Shown piece by piece: positions 37,286 through 48,150 of a DNA stretch of 64,000 nt. The DNA is taken from positions 1-64,000 of the IMG/VR virus record IMGVR_UViG_3300024343_000007. One strand, written 5' to 3'. Below the pieces are notes generated by a model. That model was not told the origin of the DNA, searched no databases, and saw nothing but the letters and a program-made list of their open reading frames with translations. Position 1 is the stretch's first letter; every line of letters begins with the position of its first letter. The translations under genes were made by a program, and so were the position numbers. The stretch comes from a virus. Taxonomy: Duplodnaviria; Heunggongvirae; Uroviricota; Caudoviricetes.

Positions 37286-40200
37286 CCAAGAAGGACCATC
37301 TAACATAAAACAAGAATTTAATCTTGGAAGAATTGGACTAGATATGGACTCTTCTGTAAATCAAGTACAGAAGGGAAAACTTTCGTATGCACTAAACGCA
37401 GCACTAGAAAACTTTGATGCTAACTCTGTAAACTATCAGAATGAACCTGGTAATGAAGCTTGTCTAGAGTTTCCTGAAGGCTATCAACTTATTGGAACAC
37501 ATTTCATACAAGAGAAAAATAAACATATATTCTTCTTAGCTAATCCTGAAACAGGAGGAAGTGAGATAGGATATATGGAAAACAATGATTGTGTATATCG
37601 TACATTGTGTACTCCAATCCCTGATACAGATTTAATAGTTTGTGCAAATTCAACTTGTTTGAACTTTAACATTGACTATCCTATTCATAAAGCTGTACAT
37701 AAGATTACCAACTGTAGCACTGAGGTTTATTGGACAGATGGTCTTAATCCAAGAAGATATATTAATATTGATCAAGTTCCATACGTAGCTGCCTATCTTA
37801 GTGATCAAAACTGTGATCCACAAATCCAACTTCCTCCTACACTTGATTGTAACAAGTTAAAAGTACAACCTAACTTTAGCATTCCTAGCTTGGACATTAT
37901 TGATATTGTTGTAGGTGGAGATATCCAAGCTGGTACATATCAGTTTGCTATTCAATACTGTAATGCTTCAGGTGATGCATATACCTCCTACTACTCTATT
38001 ACTAATCCTACATCAATTGCAAATACAGAAGTAACAACACCTGACTTTCAATATTCTGTAGGAAAATCTATTGTAATAAACATAAATAATATAGATATTA
38101 CAGGATACTTCCAATATTTTAATATAGCTATTATTAAAACTATAAATGGTGGTACATCTGTAGAACTTATGGGTACTTATAATATCCAAGATAAAGACAG
38201 AACAATCACTTATACAGGTCAAGCTTTAACCAATATTCCTTTAAGTCTTCCTGATATACTTGAGAAGTTTCCTTACTATGAGATTGCTCAAGACCTTACA
38301 AACGTACAAGATGTTATAGTTTGGGACAACCTTACTTCTATTGATAGGATTAACTATCAAAGCATTGCTAGTCAAATTCAACTTCAATGGGAGACATATA
38401 AATTACCAGCTAACAATACATATGCTGATGGTTTCTACACTGCTAATCTTAGAGGATATTTAAGAGATGAAGTGTATGCCTTTGAAATAGTCTTTTTATT
38501 AGACAATGGTAAACAAACAGATGGTTTTCACATTCCTGGTAGAACAGCAATTTCTACTGATTTAACTCCTGTATATAATACTAATGCTGACTTTATTGGA
38601 GAAGGAACTGTAGCTCCTTATTGGAAAATATATAATACAGGTAGTGTATTAGTTACATATCCTGTTCCTATAGGAGATGCTGGTAAAATAGGAGAAGCCT
38701 ATCCATACCAATCTGGAGACTTTTCTTATTGGGAATCTACAGATACATATCCTTGTAATGTAGACGTATGGGGAGATCTTGCTGGTGAACCAATTAGACA
38801 TCATAAGTTTCCTGATGTATTAGTATCTCCTTATTTTGAGACTCCTCCTATTACATATGTTGGAGGTCAAATAGAACCAGTGATGCAGGCATCTAATGCT
38901 ATTTATCCAATAGGTGTAAAGATAGATGTACAACAAGTGGGATTTCTTATTCAATCTTCTAGCTTAACAGATGCTGAGAAAGATGCTATTGTTGGATTTA
39001 AAATAGTTAGAGGTAATAGATCTACAAACAAATCTATTATTGCTAAAGGTATATTAAGAAATGTAGGTAAATATAAAAGAGAAGAAACAGAATACTATTA
39101 TCCTAACTATCCTTACAATGACTTAAATGTAGATCCATTCTTACTTCAGGATAGTAATGCGTATATGTCTCAATGTGATACGTTCAAAGTTACAGCTACT
39201 GTTGATGGTGCTTTACAATATACAAACTGTAATACAGGAGAAGTAACTAGTCTTGAATTTACTACAGCAACCACTGAAGTGTGTTCTCTTACACTTCCTG
39301 TTATAAATACTGGTACTGCTACGTTTCAAAATGTTACACCTGAAACTTTTATAATCTCTGCACAAAATGGATGTAATGGATTTTTAAGTTTTCAACCAAG
39401 TCCTACTTTCAGTTATCAAAATCCTGTTACATTAGTTACAGAATTTATAATTGTAGAAAAAGGTACTTCAGAAACAGTTAATTCAATTGGTACTCCTGTG
39501 TTTGTATCAGGTTGTGATAAATTTACAATAGTTGCAGGAAGTAGTGTAAATATGAATTGTTTTCCTGATCAACTAGATGGATTTAATAATGCTCAATCTC
39601 CATATAGACAAGTATTTAACTCACCAGAAACTTCTTTTGGACAACCTACATTAGGATCTGTTCTTAAGCTTGAGAGTGTATTATTTGGAGCTGGTAGAGC
39701 TCACTTTGTTCAAGTGAAGAAACATTCAATGTATAGACTTCTTACTATACAAGCACAAATAGATGCATTGAACTCTAGTAAAAAGATTGCTGATCTAGGT
39801 GGATTTAGTGCCACAGCAATGTTCACAGCATACCAAACTTATTTACAGATATATGTAAATGGTGCTACTAGAAGAAACTTTGCATATTCTTTCAACTCTA
39901 TATCTAGCTATGACTATAGTGCAGATATTCAAAACGATCAAGGAATTAAACAAAGAGAGCTTGATAGATATCAATACATATTCCCTGGTGTACAGAATGT
40001 AGGAGATGATCTTGATCTTAATAACTGGAACAGAGAATCATCTGTTTACACTAAAAGTATTGAAAATAGAAATGGTGCATTTGTAGCACCTTTACCATAC
40101 CCTAACCAAACAACTTCTCTTGTCGTAGCAGGAACAAGTCAGATTAGTGATAACTCAAGATTTACACTTTCACAAAGAGGAAATTGTGGAGCCCCTGAGT

Positions 40201-42314
40201 TTCAGGAACCTATAAAGGTTGTTTCATATTATGGTTCTATAAAGACAATTAACAATGGTCAATATGGACAGATATATTCATATCAAACTATTGATACAGG
40301 ATTCCAAAGAATATTTGGAGCATTGCCTTCTCCTGATCCTGAAGTGATATTTGGTGGAGATACGTTTATTGGTAAGTTTGGATTTAAAACTAAACTACCA
40401 TTCTTTATTGATAATAGAGTGGGAGCTCCAGATGATTCTGATATATTTTATGATGAGATAGGTAATGTAGCATATCCACAATATTGGTATTCTGCTAGAT
40501 CTGTATTGTATGACTATTATGTAGGTGGTACTTTGATGAAGAACATTATATCAGTAAAAGCTAATTATCTAGACTGTCCTAATAATACTAAAGTAGATGA
40601 TCCTAATACTACCACTACTACTTCTTCTACAACACCTGCTCCAGGTACAACATTACTTGGTAACCAAAACTATGTATATGATGGTAAGATGTATACATTT
40701 GCTTATGGTGTTCCTTACTACTATGTAGAAACTTCTATCAATGTAGACTTACGTCAAGCCTTTAATAACTTAGAAGGTGACTTCTACCCACACGTAAGCT
40801 CAGGTATTCCTGATACTTGGTTCCAAGAATCAGTGGTGCCTATTACATTTGATAATACATATTATTACAATAATACTTTTTCTAAGCAAAACACAGAGAA
40901 TTTCTTTTCTCATTTGCCTTCAGATTGGAAACAACAATTATGTTATACATACTTTCCATTCAGAGCAATATACTCTGATAGACAAGAAAGTTATTCTGAT
41001 AACAGAATAAATAGCTGGTTGATATATCGTCCAATAAGTTTCTTTGATTTTCCTCAGAACTATGGCAATCTAATATCTTTAGATGGTATACAGAATAGAG
41101 CAACATTGGCTAGATTTGAGAACAAGACATTGTTATATGGTAATATGTTAACAGTGAATACAAGCAATCCTCAAGCAGCTTATTTAGGTAATCCTTCATT
41201 GTTCAGCAGTGTTGAACCACCTCCTATAGATTATGCTGAGACAGATCTTGGATATGTGGGTAGTCAGAATAAGTTCTTACTTAAGATACCTCAAGGACAA
41301 ATAACTGTAGATGCTAAGAGAGGACAGATATTCTTAATAACTGGTACCCAAGCAACTGACATATCTGGATATGGTTCTGGTCTTAACAGATTCTTTACAG
41401 ACCATTTGTCATTTGAGATATTAAGATACTATCCTACTGTTGATATAGATAATCATTTTAAAAACATTGGTCTTCATGGTGTGTATGATAGTAAGTATGA
41501 TAGAGTGATTATCACTAAGTTAGACTATATCCCTCAGCCAGATAAGAACATATTCTATGATGAGTTGACTAAAGAGTTTTATATAAATCAACCTGTAGCT
41601 GGAAACACTTCAGTTAAAAGATATATTGAAATAACAGACTTAAACTATTTCTGTAATAAATCATGGACAGTATCCTTTAACTTCAATACTAAGAGTTGGG
41701 TGAGCTTCCATACATACATACCTAACTTCTACATAGGAGAAAACAATTTCTTCTATTCAGGATTAAATGAAGGTTGTAACATCTCAGCAGTGGCTGTAAC
41801 AGAGATTCCTTCTCCTACCACTACAACTACAACAACAGTTATATACTACTGTAACCTATCTGGTACAGCAGTGGTAACAGAGTCTGCTTGTACATTAGAA
41901 GGAACAGCAGCTTGTACAGATTGTACAACTACTACAACAACTACCACAGCTGCACCAACAACAGTTAGATTAGATTGGAGAGTTGGTAATCAATCAGGAG
42001 GAGCATTAACAATATTTAATAATGTTGCATCTCAATTATTAAGCATTACATCTACAGCAGGAAGTGTTCAAAGTGGAACTATATACCCATTGATAAGCGA
42101 GTTACCTTACACCATACGTGGTGAGTGGGTATCAGGTTCAGGAAATATTATACAATTTAACGTATGTGATGTAACAGCTGGTGGAACAATATATACAAGT
42201 GGACCAATTACTAGTGTAGAGGGGTATGAGGATTACTTAGTAACTCCAACTCCTGTTTATGGTCTTGTAAATTTAACAGCACAGAATGTAACTCCACCAA
42301 CTTGTCCAGTATAA
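37275..42314 (+). CDS. Very large tail/receptor-binding-type protein (about 1680 aa from MADNQEG; the longest frame starts at 37224) with Thr-rich linkers
   Basis: Uninterrupted 5-kb ORF. Thr/Ser/Pro linkers (TTTTTSSTTPAPGTT; PSPTTTTTTTV; TTTTTTTAAPTT) separate predicted domains. Sits in the tail region. No catalytic motif recognised. Confidence 0.6.
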   Translation: MADNQEGPSNIKQEFNLGRIGLDMDSSVNQVQKGKLSYALNAALENFDANSVNYQNEPGNEACLEFPEGYQLIGTHFIQEKNKHIFFLANPETGGSEIGYMENNDCVYRTLCTPIPDTDLIVCANSTCLNFNIDYPIHKAVHKITNCSTEVYWTDGLNPRRYINIDQVPYVAAYLSDQNCDPQIQLPPTLDCNKLKVQPNFSIPSLDIIDIVVGGDIQAGTYQFAIQYCNASGDAYTSYYSITNPTSIANTEVTTPDFQYSVGKSIVININNIDITGYFQYFNIAIIKTINGGTSVELMGTYNIQDKDRTITYTGQALTNIPLSLPDILEKFPYYEIAQDLTNVQDVIVWDNLTSIDRINYQSIASQIQLQWETYKLPANNTYADGFYTANLRGYLRDEVYAFEIVFLLDNGKQTDGFHIPGRTAISTDLTPVYNTNADFIGEGTVAPYWKIYNTGSVLVTYPVPIGDAGKIGEAYPYQSGDFSYWESTDTYPCNVDVWGDLAGEPIRHHKFPDVLVSPYFETPPITYVGGQIEPVMQASNAIYPIGVKIDVQQVGFLIQSSSLTDAEKDAIVGFKIVRGNRSTNKSIIAKGILRNVGKYKREETEYYYPNYPYNDLNVDPFLLQDSNAYMSQCDTFKVTATVDGALQYTNCNTGEVTSLEFTTATTEVCSLTLPVINTGTATFQNVTPETFIISAQNGCNGFLSFQPSPTFSYQNPVTLVTEFIIVEKGTSETVNSIGTPVFVSGCDKFTIVAGSSVNMNCFPDQLDGFNNAQSPYRQVFNSPETSFGQPTLGSVLKLESVLFGAGRAHFVQVKKHSMYRLLTIQAQIDALNSSKKIADLGGFSATAMFTAYQTYLQIYVNGATRRNFAYSFNSISSYDYSADIQNDQGIKQRELDRYQYIFPGVQNVGDDLDLNNWNRESSVYTKSIENRNGAFVAPLPYPNQTTSLVVAGTSQISDNSRFTLSQRGNCGAPEFQEPIKVVSYYGSIKTINNGQYGQIYSYQTIDTGFQRIFGALPSPDPEVIFGGDTFIGKFGFKTKLPFFIDNRVGAPDDSDIFYDEIGNVAYPQYWYSARSVLYDYYVGGTLMKNIISVKANYLDCPNNTKVDDPNTTTTTSSTTPAPGTTLLGNQNYVYDGKMYTFAYGVPYYYVETSINVDLRQAFNNLEGDFYPHVSSGIPDTWFQESVVPITFDNTYYYNNTFSKQNTENFFSHLPSDWKQQLCYTYFPFRAIYSDRQESYSDNRINSWLIYRPISFFDFPQNYGNLISLDGIQNRATLARFENKTLLYGNMLTVNTSNPQAAYLGNPSLFSSVEPPPIDYAETDLGYVGSQNKFLLKIPQGQITVDAKRGQIFLITGTQATDISGYGSGLNRFFTDHLSFEILRYYPTVDIDNHFKNIGLHGVYDSKYDRVIITKLDYIPQPDKNIFYDELTKEFYINQPVAGNTSVKRYIEITDLNYFCNKSWTVSFNFNTKSWVSFHTYIPNFYIGENNFFYSGLNEGCNISAVAVTEIPSPTTTTTTTVIYYCNLSGTAVVTESACTLEGTAACTDCTTTTTTTTAAPTTVRLDWRVGNQSGGALTIFNNVASQLLSITSTAGSVQSGTIYPLISELPYTIRGEWVSGSGNIIQFNVCDVTAGGTIYTSGPITSVEGYEDYLVTPTPVYGLVNLTAQNVTPPTCPV

Positions 42315-42327
42315 TAAAATAATATAA

Positions 42328-43194
42328 ATGGCTAAAACAGTAATAATAAGATTAACATGCTCAGGTGGCAGAACAGGACCCTTTGATATCACTGATAACT
42401 TAGGGACAGTCTTGGGCACTGACATCACTAAGCAAAATCTAATTGATGGGTATACTGTCAGTGTAGATGATGCTGTTACTAAGATTATTATAACATCTGT
42501 AGGTAAGTGTCGTACAATTTTAGAGGTTACAATTGGTACTGCCACTATAGAACAACTTGCTGCATTAAGATACACTGTGTGTAATACAGCGTCTATGTGG
42601 AGACACTTAACAAGTGTAGTACACTATAATAAATACTATGACAATGTAGAACCTTACATCATTGAGTATCCATTCTCTTATCAGAGCTATGATGAGATAC
42701 TTCAGAATGTAAAAGACTACAGTAAGGTATATAACTACCTACCTATTCTAGATGGTGTGTTTAATGACAATGCTCAGATAGCTGTTGATAATCAATGGTT
42801 TAACAAAGCTGTATTATACAATAGCCAACAGTCCACAGGTATATTAGAGTTAGTACCTAAGCCAATGCATAACCTAAAACAATACTTAACCTACCCAATC
42901 TATAATACTGAAAGCAAAACTATCACTTATACTAAGTCAGATAATTTCTATCAATATAATACTTTTTGGGGGTTAGTTAAAAATAAAGCATTACCTTTAT
43001 TTACAACAAGTTGTGAATCTTTATCAATAGATAAGGTTGTAAATCAAGTGAATATGGATTATGGAAAAAGATCATTTAAGAAAGAACCATTAAGAGCTAA
43101 AGACTTGAAGGTAAGACATATCCTTGATAACAGTTCTATAGCTCACATTGTTTCTCAATTCATTATTACACCTGCTCAAATCTCTTATAAGTAA
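42328..43194 (+). CDS. hypothetical structural protein (288 aa)
   Basis: ORF. Its stop is TAATG-coupled to the next gene. Confidence 0.55.
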   Translation: MAKTVIIRLTCSGGRTGPFDITDNLGTVLGTDITKQNLIDGYTVSVDDAVTKIIITSVGKCRTILEVTIGTATIEQLAALRYTVCNTASMWRHLTSVVHYNKYYDNVEPYIIEYPFSYQSYDEILQNVKDYSKVYNYLPILDGVFNDNAQIAVDNQWFNKAVLYNSQQSTGILELVPKPMHNLKQYLTYPIYNTESKTITYTKSDNFYQYNTFWGLVKNKALPLFTTSCESLSIDKVVNQVNMDYGKRSFKKEPLRAKDLKVRHILDNSSIAHIVSQFIITPAQISYK

Positions 43195-44942
43195 TGGCAA
43201 AGTGGTTAGACAAATATGAACAAGGAGGTTTGGTCTTAAAGAAAAAGACTAAAGATAACTATGGTAAGAAACCTAATGTTAATGATGTCAAAGTATCTGC
43301 AGGTCCTAACTTTGTAGGAGAAGGATATACAGCATACAACTGGAAGTCTCCAGCATGGGGTGGACAGTTTGCAATGGGAGGTGCTTTACCAGGTGCTGTA
43401 GGATTCACATACGCACGCACAGCTGGCTCAGCTCCTGCTAATGGTAAGTATACTAAGAAGACAAAAGCAAGTGCTCAGAATGGCAAGGAAATGAGTTTCT
43501 ATCAGAATGGACTAGACTTCAAACCTAAGACTATAAGTAAGAATGGTTCTGTGATTAAAGATGATAGAGGACAATGGGCTTACCCAGGTGAAATAACAGA
43601 GATAGGTTCTAATAACATCACTATGCAGGGAGTTGACTATCCTGTACTTGGTGTATCTGATACAGGTGATACACAGATGATGTATCCTGATCAAGATTAT
43701 AAGTTTGATGGTGAGAAGGTTACAGAGTTTCCTATGGCTCAGAATGGAGATTGGTTAAGTAAGTATGATAATATTTCTAACACAAATTCTTTAAAGAAAG
43801 AAGCTGAAGAAAGATTAAGTAGAATGAATAGACCTAAGTCTACTATTTCTCAATACACTCCTAAACCAGGAGAACAAGCTAAGTTTGATAAACAGAAGTT
43901 ACAAAGAATAGCTGAAGACAATACTCCATTAAATAGAATGGCTGCTAGCAAAGGAGCTGAGAATATGCAAGATGCTATAGAAGCAGCAATGATAATGGAA
44001 GGTGGATTGGCAGCAGGTAAGCTTGTTGGTAAAGGTGCCAAAGCTGCTGTTAAACAAACTGGTAGAATTTATAATACAGTAGCTACAGGTGAGTCTGCTT
44101 TACCTATTGCTTGGAAAAGTCCTGCTAAAGGAATTAGTCAAGAAGCAAGTGATTCTATGTTTAAAGGAATAGCTAACGCAAATAAACTATCAGATGCTGA
44201 TAGAGCTTTGTTATTAGAATATCAATATGATAGTAAACCATTTACAGGAAGATGGGGAACAATTGATCAATCTAAAAAAGATGCTTTAAATAATGCTATC
44301 AATAATAATGAATTAACTATTAATAATAATGCTATCCTTACAAGAAGGTTTAATCCTGAAAACCAATCATTAGGTGCAGAGTTTGTAGGTAATAAATTGA
44401 ATTTAGGAGATCGTCCAAGTTCATTTTCAGCTGGTGTGGGATTACCATCTTATCAAAGTGGTGCTGTAGATAGATTAGTTATACCAAACAGATATGCTAA
44501 ACAAATGGGTAATGAGTTTTTAGCAAATGAATATGGAATACCCTCAGATAAGACTTTTGATTTACTTAAAGGTAAATCTAAAGATTGGGCTGCAAGTATA
44601 GGTGTAAACCCAACTGATATGGTTAATGCAGAAAGAGAAGTTATTGGAACAGGATTAGATCTTAGAAGAATTGGTAGAGTTAAAAATGATATAGGTGGGT
44701 ATGATCATATCGTAAGACCTAGAACTATAAATAAATCTACTGGTACACAAAGTGTTACAAGAGGTCCTATTAATTGGTGGGATGAACCTAAATATAAAAA
44801 ACAAAATCCAAACTTTGATCCTCAAACATATTTAAATAATCCTGTAGGTAATCAGTTTTATTCAAGAGATATTCCTAAAGGAATGGAACCTAGATATTTT
44901 GAAGAAAAGAAAAATGGTGGCTGGTTAAATAAATATAAATAA
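43194..44942 (+). CDS. hypothetical virion internal/'cargo'-like protein (582 aa) with repeated QNG(G/D)WLxKY motif
   Basis: The motif appears at the N-terminus (AKWLDKYEQGG), middle (MAQNGDWLSKYD) and extreme C-terminus (KNGGWLNKYK). Gly/Ala-rich segments. Confidence 0.55.
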   Translation: MAKWLDKYEQGGLVLKKKTKDNYGKKPNVNDVKVSAGPNFVGEGYTAYNWKSPAWGGQFAMGGALPGAVGFTYARTAGSAPANGKYTKKTKASAQNGKEMSFYQNGLDFKPKTISKNGSVIKDDRGQWAYPGEITEIGSNNITMQGVDYPVLGVSDTGDTQMMYPDQDYKFDGEKVTEFPMAQNGDWLSKYDNISNTNSLKKEAEERLSRMNRPKSTISQYTPKPGEQAKFDKQKLQRIAEDNTPLNRMAASKGAENMQDAIEAAMIMEGGLAAGKLVGKGAKAAVKQTGRIYNTVATGESALPIAWKSPAKGISQEASDSMFKGIANANKLSDADRALLLEYQYDSKPFTGRWGTIDQSKKDALNNAINNNELTINNNAILTRRFNPENQSLGAEFVGNKLNLGDRPSSFSAGVGLPSYQSGAVDRLVIPNRYAKQMGNEFLANEYGIPSDKTFDLLKGKSKDWAASIGVNPTDMVNAEREVIGTGLDLRRIGRVKNDIGGYDHIVRPRTINKSTGTQSVTRGPINWWDEPKYKKQNPNFDPQTYLNNPVGNQFYSRDIPKGMEPRYFEEKKNGGWLNKYK

Positions 44943-44962
44943 ATCATACAATAGAGTATAAT

Positions 44963-47900
44963 ATGAAAGACCAAATGTTAAAGATTGCTGGAGTTAAATC
45001 TGAGAAGGAGTTCTATAAGAAATATCCATCAGAGGAAGCGTTTATGAAAGCTCACAAGAAAGAGTTTAAGAAAGCTGCCATGGGTAGTAAAATGGTTAAT
45101 GACCAATTACATCAGTTGACTGACTTTGGCAATCCTCCTATTGCTCAGTATGGAATAGGAATGAAAAAGAAACCACAAAACTTTAATAATTATCTTCAAG
45201 GAACAAATCAAGCTGGGATGAATCCAGATGGTAGTATGAAGCAAGTGGGAGATGCTTTTAATAATGCATCTATGGCTAAGATGAGTGGACAACAGATGGG
45301 ATCTGATATGTCAGCTCAGTTTGCCACTCCTTCTGCTGATCAGTTGTTAGGTAAGAATGCAATTAATTCAGGTGCTAAAGCTGGTGGGTTTGATGCTGCT
45401 GGTGCAGGTATGGCAGCTCTAGGAGCATTGCCAGCAATAATAGGAGGTATCGAAGCAATTGGTGCACAAAAGAAAGCTAAGAAGAAAGCAGAACAAGCTA
45501 CTCAATTATCAGGACTTGCTTTGACAGCTCAACAAACTAATGAAAGACCTAAGAATCAATATGTAAGACCAGAAGATGATAAAGTGCAACCAGGACAATT
45601 AGGTAATCCTTATGGTAATAAAACAAACTATTTACAAGCTCAGAATGGTACAATGATTGGTGGCAATCCTACAGAGATTCAGAACATGTACAATCCTGGT
45701 GATATGTACAATGATCTTGGATTTGAACCATTAGAAGAAACATACAAACAATACAGACGTGGTGGTGATATACCTAAAGCAGAGTTTGGAGAATACTTCC
45801 AAGATTCTGGTCAAGCACAAATTGGTAGTGCTGTAGGTACAGCAGCTGGTACTGCTTTATTTGGACCATTGGGTGGTGCAGTTGGTGGATTAGCTGGTAC
45901 ATTCTTTGGTAATTTAGCAGGTGGTGCTAAACAAGCTAGAGAATTACAAAAACAAAAAGACAAGACTGCAATGAGTACAAGTATGATGGGGTTCATGGAG
46001 AACAGATCTCAAGGTCCTCTTAATGCAAATGTAAAGAATGGTGGATGGATTAGTCATGATTGGCAGCCACAGACATTCACTAAGTTTGGTGAGTATAGTG
46101 CTAAAGATCTTTTGAAACCTCCACATGATGCAGACATGTTAAGAGCTGGTGGACACATTGCACAAGTGGGGTATACAGCTCCTAGTGCAGAAGCATTATA
46201 CACTGGTAGACCAGATATGCCTCAAGCTCAAAATGGTTCAAAGATGGCACTAGGTGGAGAGTTACAAATAGGAGAAGGTGGATATGCTGAGACCTTATCA
46301 TACAATCCTAACTTACCTAGTGGTGAGATAGGAATGTTCAGAGGAGCATCTCATGACAATGGTGGCATACAAACTCAGTATGGTGAGAATGGTGTAGAGG
46401 TAGAAGGTGGTGAACCATTTACTGTTCTAGAAGACAATGGCTCAGAAGATGGCAATAACCTAGAAGGTGGTGGATCTAAAGAGAACCTTGTTGTGTTTGG
46501 TAACATTAAAATTAATAAAGAAATAGCAGACCTTATGGGAGATCCAAAAGCAAAGGGTAAGAAGTTTAAAACATACATAGCTGACGTAGCTAAGAATGAT
46601 GCAAAGCAATTAAAGACTATTCAAAAAGGACTTGACTTAATTGAAGAGTATGATGGAAATAGTTCATATGATAAATTAGGTATGAATTCTGGTATGGCTA
46701 ATCTTATGGGTGCAAAAGCACAACAAAAGATTAATGCTGACAAAATTAAAGAAGCAGGGTTAGTACAAGACTCTATTCACAAAACAGCTAATGAGTTAGG
46801 TGTTAAAAGTGACAAGCTAGCTGAAGGTAAGTTAGAGAAAGAAACAGATATAAGCATGATGGGAAAGAATGGTAAGAAAATGAAGAAAGCTCAAGAAGGA
46901 ATTGAAACTCTTAAAGGTCTTGATGATGAAGCATTGCTTGATCCTAACTATCCTGAACGTATGGAGATTCTTAAAAATTACTATTCATTAAATAATGCAG
47001 ATCGTGAGATGATGAAAAGAGGAATGAGTAAACCAGGATTCATGGGACTTGGTGCAACAGATTTACCAGAAGCTGTAGTTAGTTCTTCTAAGAAACCAAA
47101 GATAGATTATAGCTTGTTAGAATGGCCAGACTTACCTGGACCTTTTACCAAAGCGGAAGCTGAAACTAATACTAAAGATAAAAAGCAACGTAAACCAATT
47201 GATTGGAAAAAATTAGGAGATATAGGTAAAGTAGCATTGTCTTATGCAGAACCTTGGTTAAGACCTTCTAATGCTAATGAAGACTTAAACCCTGATCAAT
47301 TGATGGGTGAGTACTATGCGTTGGCTAACAATCAGTTAGAACCTGTACAAGCTCAACAGTTTCAACCAATGTTGGATACTCCATATGACATTTCTTTCAA
47401 TGACCAAATTAATGCTATTGATTCTCAATCTAGAGCTTTTCTTAGAGCTGCTGGTAATAATCCTGCTGCCCAAGCAGCAGTTATGGCTCAAACAATAGAA
47501 GCTAAGAACAAGTTATTTGGAGAATCAAATAGAGTTAATCAGGCAAATAAAATGGGAGTATATGATAAGAACAGAGCTATTATAAATGATGCTAAGCTTA
47601 AAAACTTGGCAATCAATGATCAACAATACGTTAGACAGTCTCAAGCTAAGTCTAATACCAAAGCTCAAACTATTGAAGCTCTTAAATCTATAGGTGATAA
47701 GGTTACAAAACAAAGAGCTTCTAATAGAAAGCTAGCTATTATGGAGAACATGTATGGATTCAGATTCTCCCCAAGTGGCAGAGCTATTAATATGAATGCT
47801 CCTGCTCAATTTGATCTATCAGGTGCTGGTTCAAGAAGGGGTGGTCTTTCAGCTGCAGGTTTACCAGCTAACAAAAGATTTACAATAGACTCTGTAACAG

Positions 47901-48064
47901 GAGAACCTGTTGGAATTAGAACATTAACTAAGGACGAGATGGCAGCTGGTGGTCCTTCTATGTCAGAATTAGATGGTGCTTTTGATAATCAAAAGAAGGG
48001 TGGGAAGACACCAAAGACAAAAGCTAGGAATAGCTCTATCGTAAAAGCATTAAAGAGTCTCTAA
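44963..48064 (+). CDS. hypothetical large virion internal/'cargo'-like protein (1033 aa), Gly-rich
   Basis: Gly-zipper-like segments (GTAAGTALFGPLGGAVGGLAGTFFGNLAGG). Repeated AQNG motifs and VKNGGWISHDW related to those of the previous protein. Confidence 0.55.
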   Translation: MKDQMLKIAGVKSEKEFYKKYPSEEAFMKAHKKEFKKAAMGSKMVNDQLHQLTDFGNPPIAQYGIGMKKKPQNFNNYLQGTNQAGMNPDGSMKQVGDAFNNASMAKMSGQQMGSDMSAQFATPSADQLLGKNAINSGAKAGGFDAAGAGMAALGALPAIIGGIEAIGAQKKAKKKAEQATQLSGLALTAQQTNERPKNQYVRPEDDKVQPGQLGNPYGNKTNYLQAQNGTMIGGNPTEIQNMYNPGDMYNDLGFEPLEETYKQYRRGGDIPKAEFGEYFQDSGQAQIGSAVGTAAGTALFGPLGGAVGGLAGTFFGNLAGGAKQARELQKQKDKTAMSTSMMGFMENRSQGPLNANVKNGGWISHDWQPQTFTKFGEYSAKDLLKPPHDADMLRAGGHIAQVGYTAPSAEALYTGRPDMPQAQNGSKMALGGELQIGEGGYAETLSYNPNLPSGEIGMFRGASHDNGGIQTQYGENGVEVEGGEPFTVLEDNGSEDGNNLEGGGSKENLVVFGNIKINKEIADLMGDPKAKGKKFKTYIADVAKNDAKQLKTIQKGLDLIEEYDGNSSYDKLGMNSGMANLMGAKAQQKINADKIKEAGLVQDSIHKTANELGVKSDKLAEGKLEKETDISMMGKNGKKMKKAQEGIETLKGLDDEALLDPNYPERMEILKNYYSLNNADREMMKRGMSKPGFMGLGATDLPEAVVSSSKKPKIDYSLLEWPDLPGPFTKAEAETNTKDKKQRKPIDWKKLGDIGKVALSYAEPWLRPSNANEDLNPDQLMGEYYALANNQLEPVQAQQFQPMLDTPYDISFNDQINAIDSQSRAFLRAAGNNPAAQAAVMAQTIEAKNKLFGESNRVNQANKMGVYDKNRAIINDAKLKNLAINDQQYVRQSQAKSNTKAQTIEALKSIGDKVTKQRASNRKLAIMENMYGFRFSPSGRAINMNAPAQFDLSGAGSRRGGLSAAGLPANKRFTIDSVTGEPVGIRTLTKDEMAAGGPSMSELDGAFDNQKKGGKTPKTKARNSSIVKALKSL

Positions 48065-48150
48065 CTATTTCAGTTAGAGCAATTTAACAAAAATCATTAT
48101 CGCTCTTGGTAGATCCAAATTTTTAAATTACATTTGCTAACATTATTATT

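Noticed and set aside
27808-42314. Diversity-generating retroelement targeting the fibre genes
   Set aside because: No reverse-transcriptase ORF (no YxDD motif protein) and no obvious template/variable repeat pair in this window. It cannot be excluded for the rest of the genome.
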